The notes under the pieces: generated by a model
Databases searched by the model: none
Seen by the model: only the letters and a program-made list of their open reading frames with translations
Told to the model about the DNA's origin: nothing
NCBI GenBank assembly: GCA_026397315.1
Contig: JAPLVC010000001.1
Span: 149,111 to 213,110 of the forward strand
Direction: 5' to 3'
Origin: Candidatus Aenigmatarchaeota archaeon
GTDB lineage: Archaea > Aenigmatarchaeota > Aenigmatarchaeia > QMZP01 > QMZT01
Length of the DNA: 64,000 nucleotides
Program-made: the position numbers and the translations under genes
Part shown: one piece after another, positions 1 to 8,563 of the stretch
Numbering within the stretch: the stretch's first letter is position 1
How the letters are laid out: the number at the start of each line of letters is the position of its first letter

Positions 1-1
1 C

Positions 2-403
2 GCTTTTCCTAAATGGATTCTTGAAAATAAAAATTATTTCAAAGAATTCACGAAAAGATTTTATAATTGCGAGGGCACTTGCTGGGGAGGTAAAAGCCCG
101 GGCATAGGCTTTGAGATGTGGAAAGAAACTGGTAAAATCGACAATTTAAAAGAATTTCTGGAAGTCATAAGATGTGGCCTGAAAAAATTTTTCGATATAA
201 AAACGACGGAAATTTTCACGACAAGTTCCGTGCATAACAGAAAGGATGGCTATGTGACAAGGCCTCTGAGGTTTTATATAAAAAGAAAAGAGTCTATATT
301 TAAATTCTATAGAGATATAGGATTTGAATACGAAAAACAAAATAAATTGAAAAACATAATAGAAAATTGGGGCAGAACCTCTGTGGGAACTGAAGTGCCA
401 TAA
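2..403 (+). CDS. hypothetical protein, 5'-truncated at the window edge; its K/F/Y-rich C-terminal region is compatible with a homing-endonuclease-like fold, but this is unproven
   Basis: The reading frame stays open from position 2 into the listed ORF 116..403, with no stop upstream. Composition is AT-rich, unlike the following GC-rich trm1. The ORF ends at TAA 401-403, immediately before the tRNA-like element. Confidence 0.4.
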   Translation, partial: AFPKWILENKNYFKEFTKRFYNCEGTCWGGKSPGIGFEMWKETGKIDNLKEFLEVIRCGLKKFFDIKTTEIFTTSSVHNRKDGYVTRPLRFYIKRKESIFKFYRDIGFEYEKQNKLKNIIENWGRTSVGTEVP

Positions 404-510
404 CAGTAGCTCAGCCCGGGAGAGCGCTCGTATGTAGCGGGAATAATGAATCCCGCTTCATGGCGAAGCTGAAGACCGATAGGTCGTGGGTTCAAATCCC
501 ACCTGTCCCA
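404..510 (+). pseudogene. degenerate tRNA-Tyr-like element (or tRNA remnant)
   Basis: A D-arm (TAGCTCAGCCCGGGAGAGC), an anticodon-loop-like ..ATGTAG.., a T-arm (GTGGG-TTCAAAT-CCCAC) and a 3' acceptor strand CTGTCCC plus A are all present. The 5' half is about 75% identical to the intron-containing tRNA-Tyr at 38996..39189, and the 3' half shares ACCGATAGGT(C/T)GTG(G/A)GTTCAAA. However, 4 of 7 acceptor pairs and 2 of 5 anticodon-stem pairs cannot form. Confidence 0.45.
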
Positions 511-546
511 TATTTTATTTTTATTCTTTCCATCGAATCATTCTCT

Positions 547-1620
547 ATGAAAAAGATCGCCGAAGGCAAAGCAAAACTTTACGTTCCAGACGAATCGCTG
601 ACGAAGGACTCGGAAACTTTCTACAACTCGGCCATGGAGCATCAGCGTAACGTGACGATCGCTTGCGTGCGGCTTGCTGGCTCGAAGGACGCGCTGGATC
701 CGCTAGCGGCGACCGGCGTGCGCGGCATCCGCCTGTTAAAGGAAGCAGGCGTCGCCAAAGTCGTGCTCAACGACGTCAGCCCCGCAGCCATAAAACTCGT
801 GCGCAGGAATCTCGTGCTCAACAAGATAAAAAAGTCATCTTATGAAATCTCCAGGAAGGACGCGAACGAGCTTTTCCTCGAAAAAAGGCGCTACAACTTC
901 GTCGACATAGACCCTTTCGGCTCGCCCATCAAGTTCCTGAGAAGCGTCTCTTATGCACTCAGGAAGGACTCGCTGCTGGGCGTGACCGCTACTGATTCCG
1001 GCGCGCTCGCAGGCAAGTTCGCCGACGCCTGCTTCAGGCGCTACGGCGTTTTCGTGTGCGCCACGGACTTCCCGAAAGAGCTGGGCGTGCGCGTGCTCAT
1101 CACTTCGATTCTCAAAAACCTCGCGACGCACGAGATGACTTTCGAGCCGCTGTATTCGCATGCGAACCACTATTTCCGCGTTATCGGACGCGTCTCGTAC
1201 GGGCCGGACAAGAACGTCTCCAAAATAAAAATGGTCTCGTACTGCCCGCAGTGCCATAACAGGAAAATCGGTGTCGAGAGCGTATGCGATAACTGCAAAG
1301 GCGAAATGAAACATATCGGTCCCATATGGACGGGAAAAATCCATGACAGCGAATTTTGTAAAAAGCTGCTGGAAAATTTCGAATTCTCCGGGAAAAGGGA
1401 GATAGAGCTTTCCGCGGCAGAGATAGACCATCCGTTCTATTACGACCTCCACATGCTGGCCCAGTCACTCAAGACCAGCCCTCCGCGCATGGAAAAGCTC
1501 ATCGAAAAGCTGAGAGCGAAAGGCTTCGAGGCGTCGAGAACGCACTTGGAACTCAGGGCCGTAAAAACTAATGCGGGCATAAAAGCAATATCAGTCTTGA
1601 TAGCGGCCGGTAAGAAGTGA
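547..1620 (+). CDS. trm1: tRNA (guanine26-N2)-dimethyltransferase Trm1
   Basis: A 358-aa product starts at MKKIAEGKAKLYVP. The TRM1-family layout is present: a SAM-binding Rossmann region (DALDPLAATGVRGIRL, VVLNDVS), DIDPFGSP and a C-terminal Cys-cluster domain. The start was moved from ORF 460 to ATG 547 so the gene clears the tRNA-like element. Confidence 0.85.
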   Translation: MKKIAEGKAKLYVPDESLTKDSETFYNSAMEHQRNVTIACVRLAGSKDALDPLAATGVRGIRLLKEAGVAKVVLNDVSPAAIKLVRRNLVLNKIKKSSYEISRKDANELFLEKRRYNFVDIDPFGSPIKFLRSVSYALRKDSLLGVTATDSGALAGKFADACFRRYGVFVCATDFPKELGVRVLITSILKNLATHEMTFEPLYSHANHYFRVIGRVSYGPDKNVSKIKMVSYCPQCHNRKIGVESVCDNCKGEMKHIGPIWTGKIHDSEFCKKLLENFEFSGKREIELSAAEIDHPFYYDLHMLAQSLKTSPPRMEKLIEKLRAKGFEASRTHLELRAVKTNAGIKAISVLIAAGKK

Positions 1621-2010
1621 TATTTTATCCTTTTGTTGTCTCGTGAATTCTCTTTCAAGTATCGCATTGAATCTCTGCGCGTCCCATATGTTTATGTTGC
1701 GGTAAACTCCCAGCACGCACACGTCGTGCGGTTTCAGTTCAGCTTCTTCTATCATATCAACTGGTATCTTTATCGAGCCGTCACAAATTTCCACGGACCT
1801 GTTGCTTTCAGAAAGTCTTTCCGGATTGGCCTGGACGTGTTTTTTGTCCCAACCACGTCTCACTAGCTGAAGGTATAGCTCTTTGATTCCATGATTCTGG
1901 AGCAAGTACTGAAGTTTTGGGGAAAGGGTGAGAGTGAGGCCGTCAAAATCGCTTCCCTCGGTGTAGTTTCCCCGGAAAATATAGTTACAGCATTTTAGCA
2001 TGAAAATCAC
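1591..2010 (-). CDS. hypothetical protein (weak minimal-nucleotidyltransferase-like GNYTEGSDFDG segment)
   Basis: A 139-aa ORF in an otherwise empty 430-nt gap. It overlaps the trm1 3' end by 30 nt in convergent orientation. No strong family match was recognised. Confidence 0.35.
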   Translation of the reverse strand: MIFMLKCCNYIFRGNYTEGSDFDGLTLTLSPKLQYLLQNHGIKELYLQLVRRGWDKKHVQANPERLSESNRSVEICDGSIKIPVDMIEEAELKPHDVCVLGVYRNINIWDAQRFNAILEREFTRQQKDKISLLTGRYQD

Positions 2011-2047
2011 GTTAAAAGGAAATCGCAGTAAATTTTAAAAAGCGAGT

Positions 2048-2998
2048 CTACTCCACGAGCTCTTCTTCTTCCTTGACCTTTTCCTCGACCTCGTCTTTTA
2101 TGCCAAGGCGCTCGACTATCTCCTTGTAACGATTTCGAATGGTCACTTCGGTCACGCCTATCGCGTCCGCGACTTCGCGCTGCGTCTTTTTCTTGCCTTC
2201 GAGAACAGCTGCAATGTAAAGTGCCGCAGCCGCGACGCCTATCGGTCCCTTTCCGCTGGTCACGTCGTAGCGCATCGCTTCGTCAAGGACCTTGACAGCC
2301 TTGACCTGGATTTTCTCGTCCAGACCAAGCAGCGAGCCGAATCTCGGGATGTAATCCTGCGGCTTTGCCGGCAGTATGCGGATGTCAAGCTTCCTGGAAA
2401 TATAACGGTAGGTCTTGCCTATGTCCCTCTTGGCGATGCCTGAAGCCTTCGAAATCTCGTCCAACGTCCTCGGCGCGCCCTCTTCACGGCAAGTCGTGTA
2501 TAGTAACGCCGCGATTATCGATTCGGTCGAGCGGCCGCGCACCAATCCCTTTTCGACGGCCTTTTCGTAAAGCTTGGCCACTTTCTCGTGGACGGCCTGG
2601 GACAAATTCAAGTATGAAATGAGCCTCTGCAACTCTGAGAATGCGAACGAGAGATTACGATCCTTCGACTTTATCAGTCTCTTGTGCCATTTGGAAAGCC
2701 TGTAATACTGCGCACGCTTTTTCGCAGCGACCTTGAACAACTCGCCTCGTCCCTTGCCTATCTCAGTCGTCAGCCCCTGATCGTGTTTCGTCACTGTAAG
2801 TGGCGCACCGGTTCTCACGCGTCGCGAGCGCTGGCTGTCGTCGAACGCTCTCCATTCCTGCGTCGTGTCGATCATTGAAGAATTAATAACAAGGCCGCAG
2901 CTGCCGCATGTCATCTCGCCGCGCGAAGAATCATAACGTAAATTAGTGGATTTGCACTCAGGACACTTTTGCTTTTTCTCATCAGTTTTTGGGCACAT
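2048..2998 (-). CDS. tfb: transcription initiation factor IIB (TFB)
   Basis: There is an N-terminal Zn ribbon (CPECKS...CGSCG). Two cyclin-like repeats carry the TFB signatures (RGRSTESIIAALLYTTCR, GVAAAALYIAA, HTH region). Confidence 0.9.
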   Translation of the reverse strand: MCPKTDEKKQKCPECKSTNLRYDSSRGEMTCGSCGLVINSSMIDTTQEWRAFDDSQRSRRVRTGAPLTVTKHDQGLTTEIGKGRGELFKVAAKKRAQYYRLSKWHKRLIKSKDRNLSFAFSELQRLISYLNLSQAVHEKVAKLYEKAVEKGLVRGRSTESIIAALLYTTCREEGAPRTLDEISKASGIAKRDIGKTYRYISRKLDIRILPAKPQDYIPRFGSLLGLDEKIQVKAVKVLDEAMRYDVTSGKGPIGVAAAALYIAAVLEGKKKTQREVADAIGVTEVTIRNRYKEIVERLGIKDEVEEKVKEEEELVE

Positions 2999-3213
2999 GT
3001 TACTCCCTTTAAGTGATTATAGCGAGATAAACGTTAATATATCTTATAGTTTACTCATTTATAAAGATTTGTATGGTTCAGTGTATACTACTCCATGGCT
3101 TTCTGTTTGCATGATATCGGTTTTGCGTGTTACGCCTCAGGAGTGTCTTATTATTAGTCAAAGTATTTATAAGCGCAGGTTAATATTACTAAATTAAGTT
3201 TTGAGGTCTCTTT
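2999..3213. promoter_or_regulatory. divergent promoter region between tfb and the aIF5A gene
   Basis: An AT-rich intergenic stretch with TATA-like runs (tttataaag, ttaatatatc) on both strands, lying between the divergent genes. Confidence 0.3.
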
Positions 3214-3603
3214 ATGAGCGAAAGGGTAGCAACAGTGAAAGACTTGAAGCCAGGTTCGTATGTCATGATAGATGACGAGCCCTGCAGAGTTCTTAAGATA
3301 TCCACATCAAAACCGGGCAAGCACGGCGCTACGAAGGCGCGAGTCGAGGCGGTCGGTGTGTTCGACGAGAAGAAGCGCACGCTGATGAAGCCCACGTCCG
3401 CTGGATGCAACGTGCCGATAATCCTCAAGAAGGGAGCGCAGGTCATTTCCATATCAGGCAACATGGCCCAGCTCATGAACCTCGAGGATTACTCGATGTT
3501 CGACTGCGAGATTCCTGCGGATCTTAAGGACAATGTCCAGCCAGGCAAAGAAGTGGAATACTGGGAAATAGGCGACAGAAAAGTTATAAAACAGGCCAGA
3601 TAA
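3214..3603 (+). CDS. eif5a: translation initiation factor 5A (aIF5A/eIF5A)
   Basis: A 129-aa product with the hypusine-loop motif STSKPGKHGATKARVE and a C-terminal OB-fold region. Confidence 0.9.
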   Translation: MSERVATVKDLKPGSYVMIDDEPCRVLKISTSKPGKHGATKARVEAVGVFDEKKRTLMKPTSAGCNVPIILKKGAQVISISGNMAQLMNLEDYSMFDCEIPADLKDNVQPGKEVEYWEIGDRKVIKQAR

Positions 3604-3803
3604 GGCGGAATGCCTGCAATTTTTCCCTTGTTTATTTGTAATATTATTGTTTTGCCCGTTCGTCAAGTTTAAACAAAAGTCTTATATACCCTTCGTTTTT
3701 TAATAATATCAGGTGATTTGTTTGCTGCTTGAAGATGAAGGCGATGAGCCGGGTGTTGGAGACGACGAAGAGACGGAAGAAGAGGAGGATCTCTAATACC
3801 TAA

Positions 3804-5549
3804 TTAATTTTTCTTATTTTTTATAATATTGCTAGTCTTGTAATCGCCCAGTTTTTCCCTGATTCTCACAATTTTACACACAATGCCATCTTCAGCCAGA
3901 AGCTTCGCTAGCGCTTTCTCGTCAGCCTTCTGGTCATGGCCCAGCGCTATGATATCCGGCATAGCCCACATTATCGTTTTTAAATAACTGCTTTCTTCTT
4001 TGCCCAAAAATGCACCGTCAACATAAGATATTTCTTCCATGACGGCCAATCGTTGCTTTTCCTCGTTAATAGGTAATCTTCCCTTAAAATTTTTTGCAGT
4101 TTGATCTCTGGCTATTATGACTATCAACAAATCTCCCAATAATTTGGCGGATTTAAGCAAATGTAAATGTCCTGGATGTACTATATCAAAAACTCCTCCA
4201 GTAAGAACAACCTTGAATTTCATCCTACCTTTCTCATTTAGTGAATATTTTCCTGGGAGAAAACCAATTAATGACGATCTTCCTCGACTGCCTAAAAAAA
4301 CTCTATCGCTCATCTTATTTACAAGACCTTCACGTAGGAGTTTGCTAACTATCCTTGCCGTTCTAGTATATGTTCTTTGACATTTTAAAGATAATTCGGG
4401 TATTGTGAAAAAACCATATCTGAGTTCTAAAAGGTATGCTTTTTTTAAAAATTCAACAGAAGCTTTACTGTTAGGAAATTGATATTGTTGATAGGAAGAT
4501 AAAGCAACTTTTAATTTTTCCTTTTTATATTTCAAATCAGAACCAATTTTGGTTTCAAATTTAATAAGCTCACTTCTGTTGTCTATGTTTATTTGCCAAA
4601 CGCTAGAATCTGATTTGATTCCTTTGAACTTGGGTCCCACATATTCTATTCCGACTTTATCCAAAAGTTTGCAATCGCCCAACAGCAGAGGGGGTGGGGT
4701 TTTTTTGTCCCTGTTTACCAATCTTAATACAATTGACCGATGTTTCTTTTTTTGATTAAAATAAACAGAACCATCATCGTCAAAACATCTTCTAATAAAA
4801 GTCGTCAAAAATTTTTCATCGTTACCGAAAACAAAATTCGGAATATTCTGTTTATGTTTTTTCAAGTCCCTTTTAAACAAGCAAAGTGTTACTAATGCAA
4901 TAATCGCAGGTAATTTTATTGTATGGTTTGTTAAACTTTTATTCCAACCACCTTTAGGTTCTTCGATTTGACCAAAAATATTAAAAGCAGCATCCAAGAA
5001 GCTTTTTCTCATTAGAAATGCCTCTTTTTCATCACTTGCTTTTTTCTTCGTGTAGGCTGTGAAATTTTCATTTAAAAAGCCATCATGCATGATTGAAGAG
5101 ATATATAGAGCGCCATTATTTGTATTGAAATTGAAAGGTAGTTTGGGATTCAAAATGCTTTTCCTATAAGTTCCTTTGGGTGTTGTTAATTCAAGAATAT
5201 CTTGGTTCTTGATCAATTTAAAATTGTTAATATAATAAAGTATTTTTATCAAAAGAGACAATTTAATAAACTTTCCTTTATCTAGATTGTATAAGGCAGG
5301 GCAGTATCTTTGTCTTATCTTCTCTCCCAAAAACCTGCCAAACTCTGTCAGATTTTTAAAACCTCCCGTTTTTAAGGATAGAAAAATTAGCTCACGCCCC
5401 TTTTTTTCTGTTAATCTTAAGCTGGTTGAAGGGTGCAAATTCCACAAAAATACAATTCCGGTATTTGGTGGTTTATTGAAAAAATCTTGAGATAACAATT
5501 TTTCATTGAAATTCTCAAACGCTTCTTTTAAAAAATCAATTTCAACCAT
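3804..5549 (-). CDS. fusion protein: N-terminal LAGLIDADG-type homing-endonuclease-like double domain plus C-terminal cytidylyl/adenylyltransferase domain (FAD synthase RibL / TagD-like, HxGH class)
   Basis: Residues ~1-440 contain two LAGLIDADG-like motifs about 100 aa apart: ALYISSIMHDGF and FIRRCFDDDGSVYF. Residues ~441-581 form a complete small nucleotidyltransferase (KFKVVLTGGVFDIVHPGHLHLL ... ISYVD). The whole gene is strongly AT-rich compared with both flanks. Confidence 0.6.
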   Translation of the reverse strand: MVEIDFLKEAFENFNEKLLSQDFFNKPPNTGIVFLWNLHPSTSLRLTEKKGRELIFLSLKTGGFKNLTEFGRFLGEKIRQRYCPALYNLDKGKFIKLSLLIKILYYINNFKLIKNQDILELTTPKGTYRKSILNPKLPFNFNTNNGALYISSIMHDGFLNENFTAYTKKKASDEKEAFLMRKSFLDAAFNIFGQIEEPKGGWNKSLTNHTIKLPAIIALVTLCLFKRDLKKHKQNIPNFVFGNDEKFLTTFIRRCFDDDGSVYFNQKKKHRSIVLRLVNRDKKTPPPLLLGDCKLLDKVGIEYVGPKFKGIKSDSSVWQINIDNRSELIKFETKIGSDLKYKKEKLKVALSSYQQYQFPNSKASVEFLKKAYLLELRYGFFTIPELSLKCQRTYTRTARIVSKLLREGLVNKMSDRVFLGSRGRSSLIGFLPGKYSLNEKGRMKFKVVLTGGVFDIVHPGHLHLLKSAKLLGDLLIVIIARDQTAKNFKGRLPINEEKQRLAVMEEISYVDGAFLGKEESSYLKTIMWAMPDIIALGHDQKADEKALAKLLAEDGIVCKIVRIREKLGDYKTSNIIKNKKN

Positions 5550-5632
5550 ATATAATATTATATTGAATTTAGATATTTAAAACTTGGCAAGCAAATATTA
5601 TCAAGTAATAATTTATAATGGTGGTAGATGAG

Positions 5633-5842
5633 TTACTTCTTAAGGCTCATCGCATCGACGGGGCAGAAGTTCACGCAGGCAGCGCAGTTCACGCATCTCT
5701 TCGCGTCGCATTCTATGCCGTGCTCAGTGAGGTCCAGCGCGAGCTTCGGGCAGACCGCCACGCATCCGCCGCATCGAAGGCACTTGTTCTTGTCCGTTAA
5801 CGCAACCATAAACATCACCCATTTAGACAGAAGCAGATGCAA
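5633..5842 (-). CDS. 4Fe-4S ferredoxin (2 x CxxCxxCxxxCP)
   Basis: CLRCGGCVAVCP and CVNCAACVNFCP motifs are present. The true start is probably an internal Met (MVALTDKNKC, ~58 aa). Confidence 0.7.
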   Translation of the reverse strand: MHLLLSKWVMFMVALTDKNKCLRCGGCVAVCPKLALDLTEHGIECDAKRCVNCAACVNFCPVDAMSLKK

Positions 5843-5921
5843 TCTGCTTCATTCGCTTAATAGGTTATTTTTTAAACTGCGAGCTTAAATATTTGAAATA
5901 ACCAGTGCAAAAGGTGACGTC

Positions 5922-6854
5922 ATGGCAGAGGGTTACGGTTTCGGCAAAATCATTTTGTTCGGCGAGCATTTCGTCGTCTACGGCCTGCCCGCGATAGCTT
6001 CGGCCATAGGGGATAAAACCATCGCCACAGTCGAGACGTCGAAAAAATTCGAACTGGTCGACAAGCGGCCAGCGACAGACGGATACAAGGTGACCAAGAA
6101 AGACGAGATGGACCGCTCGATGAAGCTCATACTCGACTTCATGAAAATCAATCCCGTCAAAACGCCGGTCAAAATCACGCTGTCAGGCAACCTCTTCTGC
6201 ACGAGCGGCATAGGGGCGAGCGCCGCGATGGCGACATCGATTGCCCGCGCCTTTTCAGAACATTTCAACCTCAGTCTCAATGACGAACAGGTGAACAGGA
6301 TTTCATACGAAGGAGAGAAAGGTTCGGCAGGCACGCCTTCGGGCATCGATAACACCTGCGCGACTTTCGGTGGCCTGTTATGGTTCGAGAAGAACCTGAA
6401 AGGCGGCGAGAACAGGATGGAGCTGATAAAGGCGAAGAAGCCGATAGAAATCGTGCTTGGCAACACCGGCATATCGCAGGAGACGAAGCTCGTCGTCGAG
6501 GACGTAAAAAAAGCGAGAGAAGCGGACCCGAAGCGATACGAACGCATATTCAGCGATTACATGAAGCTTGTGAAAGAGGCGAGAGGCGTTATCGAGCGAG
6601 GAGACATCAAAAGGCTCGGCGCGCTTATGGACGAGAACCACCGTCTGCTGAAGGAAATGGGTCTTTCGTGCGTCCAGGCTGAAGATATAATAAGCGTCGC
6701 CAAGGCGAACGGCGCGGCTGGCGCGAAGATAACAGGCACCGGCCGCGGCGGTTATGTGATACTGCTCACGCCGGGAAAAGCGGTTCAGGACAAAGTGGCG
6801 AAAGCGATAGAGACGAAGGGTTACAAGACGCTCAAGACGGAAATCGGCGTTTAA
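5922..6854 (+). CDS. mvk: mevalonate kinase (GHMP kinase family)
   Basis: GHMP ATP-binding motif TSGIGASAAMATS, N-terminal KIILFGEHFVVYG, 310 aa. It is the first gene of the isoprenoid operon. Confidence 0.9.
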   Translation: MAEGYGFGKIILFGEHFVVYGLPAIASAIGDKTIATVETSKKFELVDKRPATDGYKVTKKDEMDRSMKLILDFMKINPVKTPVKITLSGNLFCTSGIGASAAMATSIARAFSEHFNLSLNDEQVNRISYEGEKGSAGTPSGIDNTCATFGGLLWFEKNLKGGENRMELIKAKKPIEIVLGNTGISQETKLVVEDVKKAREADPKRYERIFSDYMKLVKEARGVIERGDIKRLGALMDENHRLLKEMGLSCVQAEDIISVAKANGAAGAKITGTGRGGYVILLTPGKAVQDKVAKAIETKGYKTLKTEIGV

Positions 6855-6955
6855 TATTCGACGATTGGCGTCTTTCAACAATTTAAAATAAGAACCCAAT
6901 TTTTCTATTAAGAATATTGAATATCAAACGGTTGAAAGAGTTCAGGGTGATTTTG

Positions 6956-8236
6956 ATGAACATGAGGGAATTCGTCGATTTGCTGGACAAGAAGGGATTG
7001 CTTGTAAAAGTCAGCAAGCCAGTCGATACCAAATACGAGATTTCGACCATAGTCAAGATGCTAGCGGGAAAGCCCGTGCTTTTCGAGCACGTCAAAGGTC
7101 ATGACATGCCGGTCGTATCGAATGTCTGCTCGACGCGCGACCTCGTCTGTCTCGGCCTCGATATCGACAAGAAGGACCTCATAGCGAAGCTCACGCATGC
7201 GATCGAGAACCCGGCGGAGCCGACGAAGAAAGTGTCGCACGAATATCACGAGCTGGAATGCGATTTGCACAAGCTTCCGATTCTGACTTACTATCCAAAG
7301 GACGGCGGGCCGTACATTGCGTCCGGCATCGCTATCGCCAGGGACGCAGAACACGGCACGAACGCTTCTTACCATAGGGCCATGATTCTCGGCAAGGACA
7401 GGATGGTGCTTCGCATTCTCGAACGCCACCTGAACGAGTACAAGAAGCGCGGGCTCAAGGAATTCGCCTTCTGCATAGGCAATCCCACGACCGTTCTGAT
7501 TGGGGCTGCGATTTCGGCTGAACTTGGAAAAAACGAGCTTGCGATAGCGAACGCGCTGCATGAGACGCATACCATCGAACTGAACGGGCATATTGTCCCT
7601 GAGAGCGAGATAGTGATGATATGCGAGTTCACTGGCGAGCTCGCCGAGGAGGGGCCGTTCCTCGACCTGACCGAGACTTTCGACATAGTCAGAAAACAGT
7701 CTGTGGTGCGCGTCAAGAAAATCTACGCGAAGAAAAACGCGCTCTTCCACGCGCTGCTTCCCGGTGATTTAGAACACAAGATTCTCATGGGTATGCCGAG
7801 AGAGCCGACGATATTCCGCGAGGTGAACAAGGTCTGCGACTGCCGCGACGTTTACATCACGCCCGGCGGATGCTCATGGCTGCACGGAGCGGTCAAGATT
7901 CACAAGAAGCACGACGATGACGGGCGCAAGGCGATAGAAGCCGCGTTCAAGGGTCACGCTTCGATGAAGCACGTTTTCGTCGTCGACGACGACATAAACA
8001 TTGAAGAGCCGAAGGAAATTGAGTGGGCGCTAGCGACGCGTTTCCAGGGTGACAAGGACATGATAGTCAGAACGAAAGAGAAAGGCTCGTCCCTCGATCC
8101 TTCGTCTGACATGGCGACGCGCGAGACGACTAAAGTCGGCTTCGACCTTACAAAGCCGCTCGTCTCGAAGGGCAAGGATTTCAGCAGACCCGAGCTGCCC
8201 ATGAAAATAAATCTTGAAGATTACTTGGTGGAGTAG
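6956..8236 (+). CDS. UbiD-family decarboxylase (probable trans-anhydromevalonate-5-phosphate decarboxylase of the archaeal mevalonate pathway)
   Basis: UbiD N-terminus MREFVDLLDKKGLL and conserved blocks through the length. The gene sits between mvk and the dehydratase/UbiX/IPK genes. The start is chosen at an ATG preceded by GGTGA. Confidence 0.8.
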   Translation: MNMREFVDLLDKKGLLVKVSKPVDTKYEISTIVKMLAGKPVLFEHVKGHDMPVVSNVCSTRDLVCLGLDIDKKDLIAKLTHAIENPAEPTKKVSHEYHELECDLHKLPILTYYPKDGGPYIASGIAIARDAEHGTNASYHRAMILGKDRMVLRILERHLNEYKKRGLKEFAFCIGNPTTVLIGAAISAELGKNELAIANALHETHTIELNGHIVPESEIVMICEFTGELAEEGPFLDLTETFDIVRKQSVVRVKKIYAKKNALFHALLPGDLEHKILMGMPREPTIFREVNKVCDCRDVYITPGGCSWLHGAVKIHKKHDDDGRKAIEAAFKGHASMKHVFVVDDDINIEEPKEIEWALATRFQGDKDMIVRTKEKGSSLDPSSDMATRETTKVGFDLTKPLVSKGKDFSRPELPMKINLEDYLVE

Positions 8237-8563
8237 ATGCGCATGCTAACTGCAGGAAAGGGCAAATACAAAGTATGGCTGAAAGAAGCGAGGCAGGGGA
8301 AGGACTTGGTGCTCTTTCTCGGCGGCGGCGAGAGGACACATATAGGATCAGTCGTCGTGTGCGCTCCAGGGAAACCAGCGAAAGTCATCAACAGGAAAGG
8401 CCATTACGATTGGATGGTCGCCATGCCCATAGCGGAGAAAAAGAGCAGAAAGACAAAGAAGGCGGTCGTGTGCATAGCCGGGATTCACGTTAACAATGCT
8501 AGCAAAAAAGAGATAGAGATTCTCAAAAAGAACTGTAAAAAAATAGAGGATTATATTAGATGA
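8237..8563 (+). CDS. hypothetical small protein embedded in the mevalonate operon
   Basis: 108 aa. Its start overlaps the UbiD stop (TAGATG) and its stop overlaps the next start (ATGA), so the gene is translationally coupled on both sides. No family was recognised. Confidence 0.5.
   Translation: MRMLTAGKGKYKVWLKEARQGKDLVLFLGGGERTHIGSVVVCAPGKPAKVINRKGHYDWMVAMPIAEKKSRKTKKAVVCIAGIHVNNASKKEIEILKKNCKKIEDYIR

Noticed and set aside
404-510. Considered calling this a functional class II (long variable arm) tRNA because of the GACC-GATA-GGTC hairpin
   Set aside because: With the T-arm fixed, that hairpin is simply the 3' strand of the anticodon stem plus the variable loop. It aligns with tRNA-Tyr at 38996..39189. 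The acceptor and anticodon stems do not pair, so a pseudogene or remnant is the better call.
1633-1866. 77-aa plus-strand ORF overlapping 1591..2010
   Set aside because: It is shorter, has Phe/Val-rich low-complexity sequence, and lies on the strand opposite the better candidate. Only one of the two can be real, and neither is strong.
3804-5549. Considered an intein inside the cytidylyltransferase
   Set aside because: The endonuclease-like region is at the extreme N-terminus with no N-extein. No Cys/Ser-starting splicing block A or terminal HN-Cys junction is visible, and the transferase domain downstream is complete on its own.
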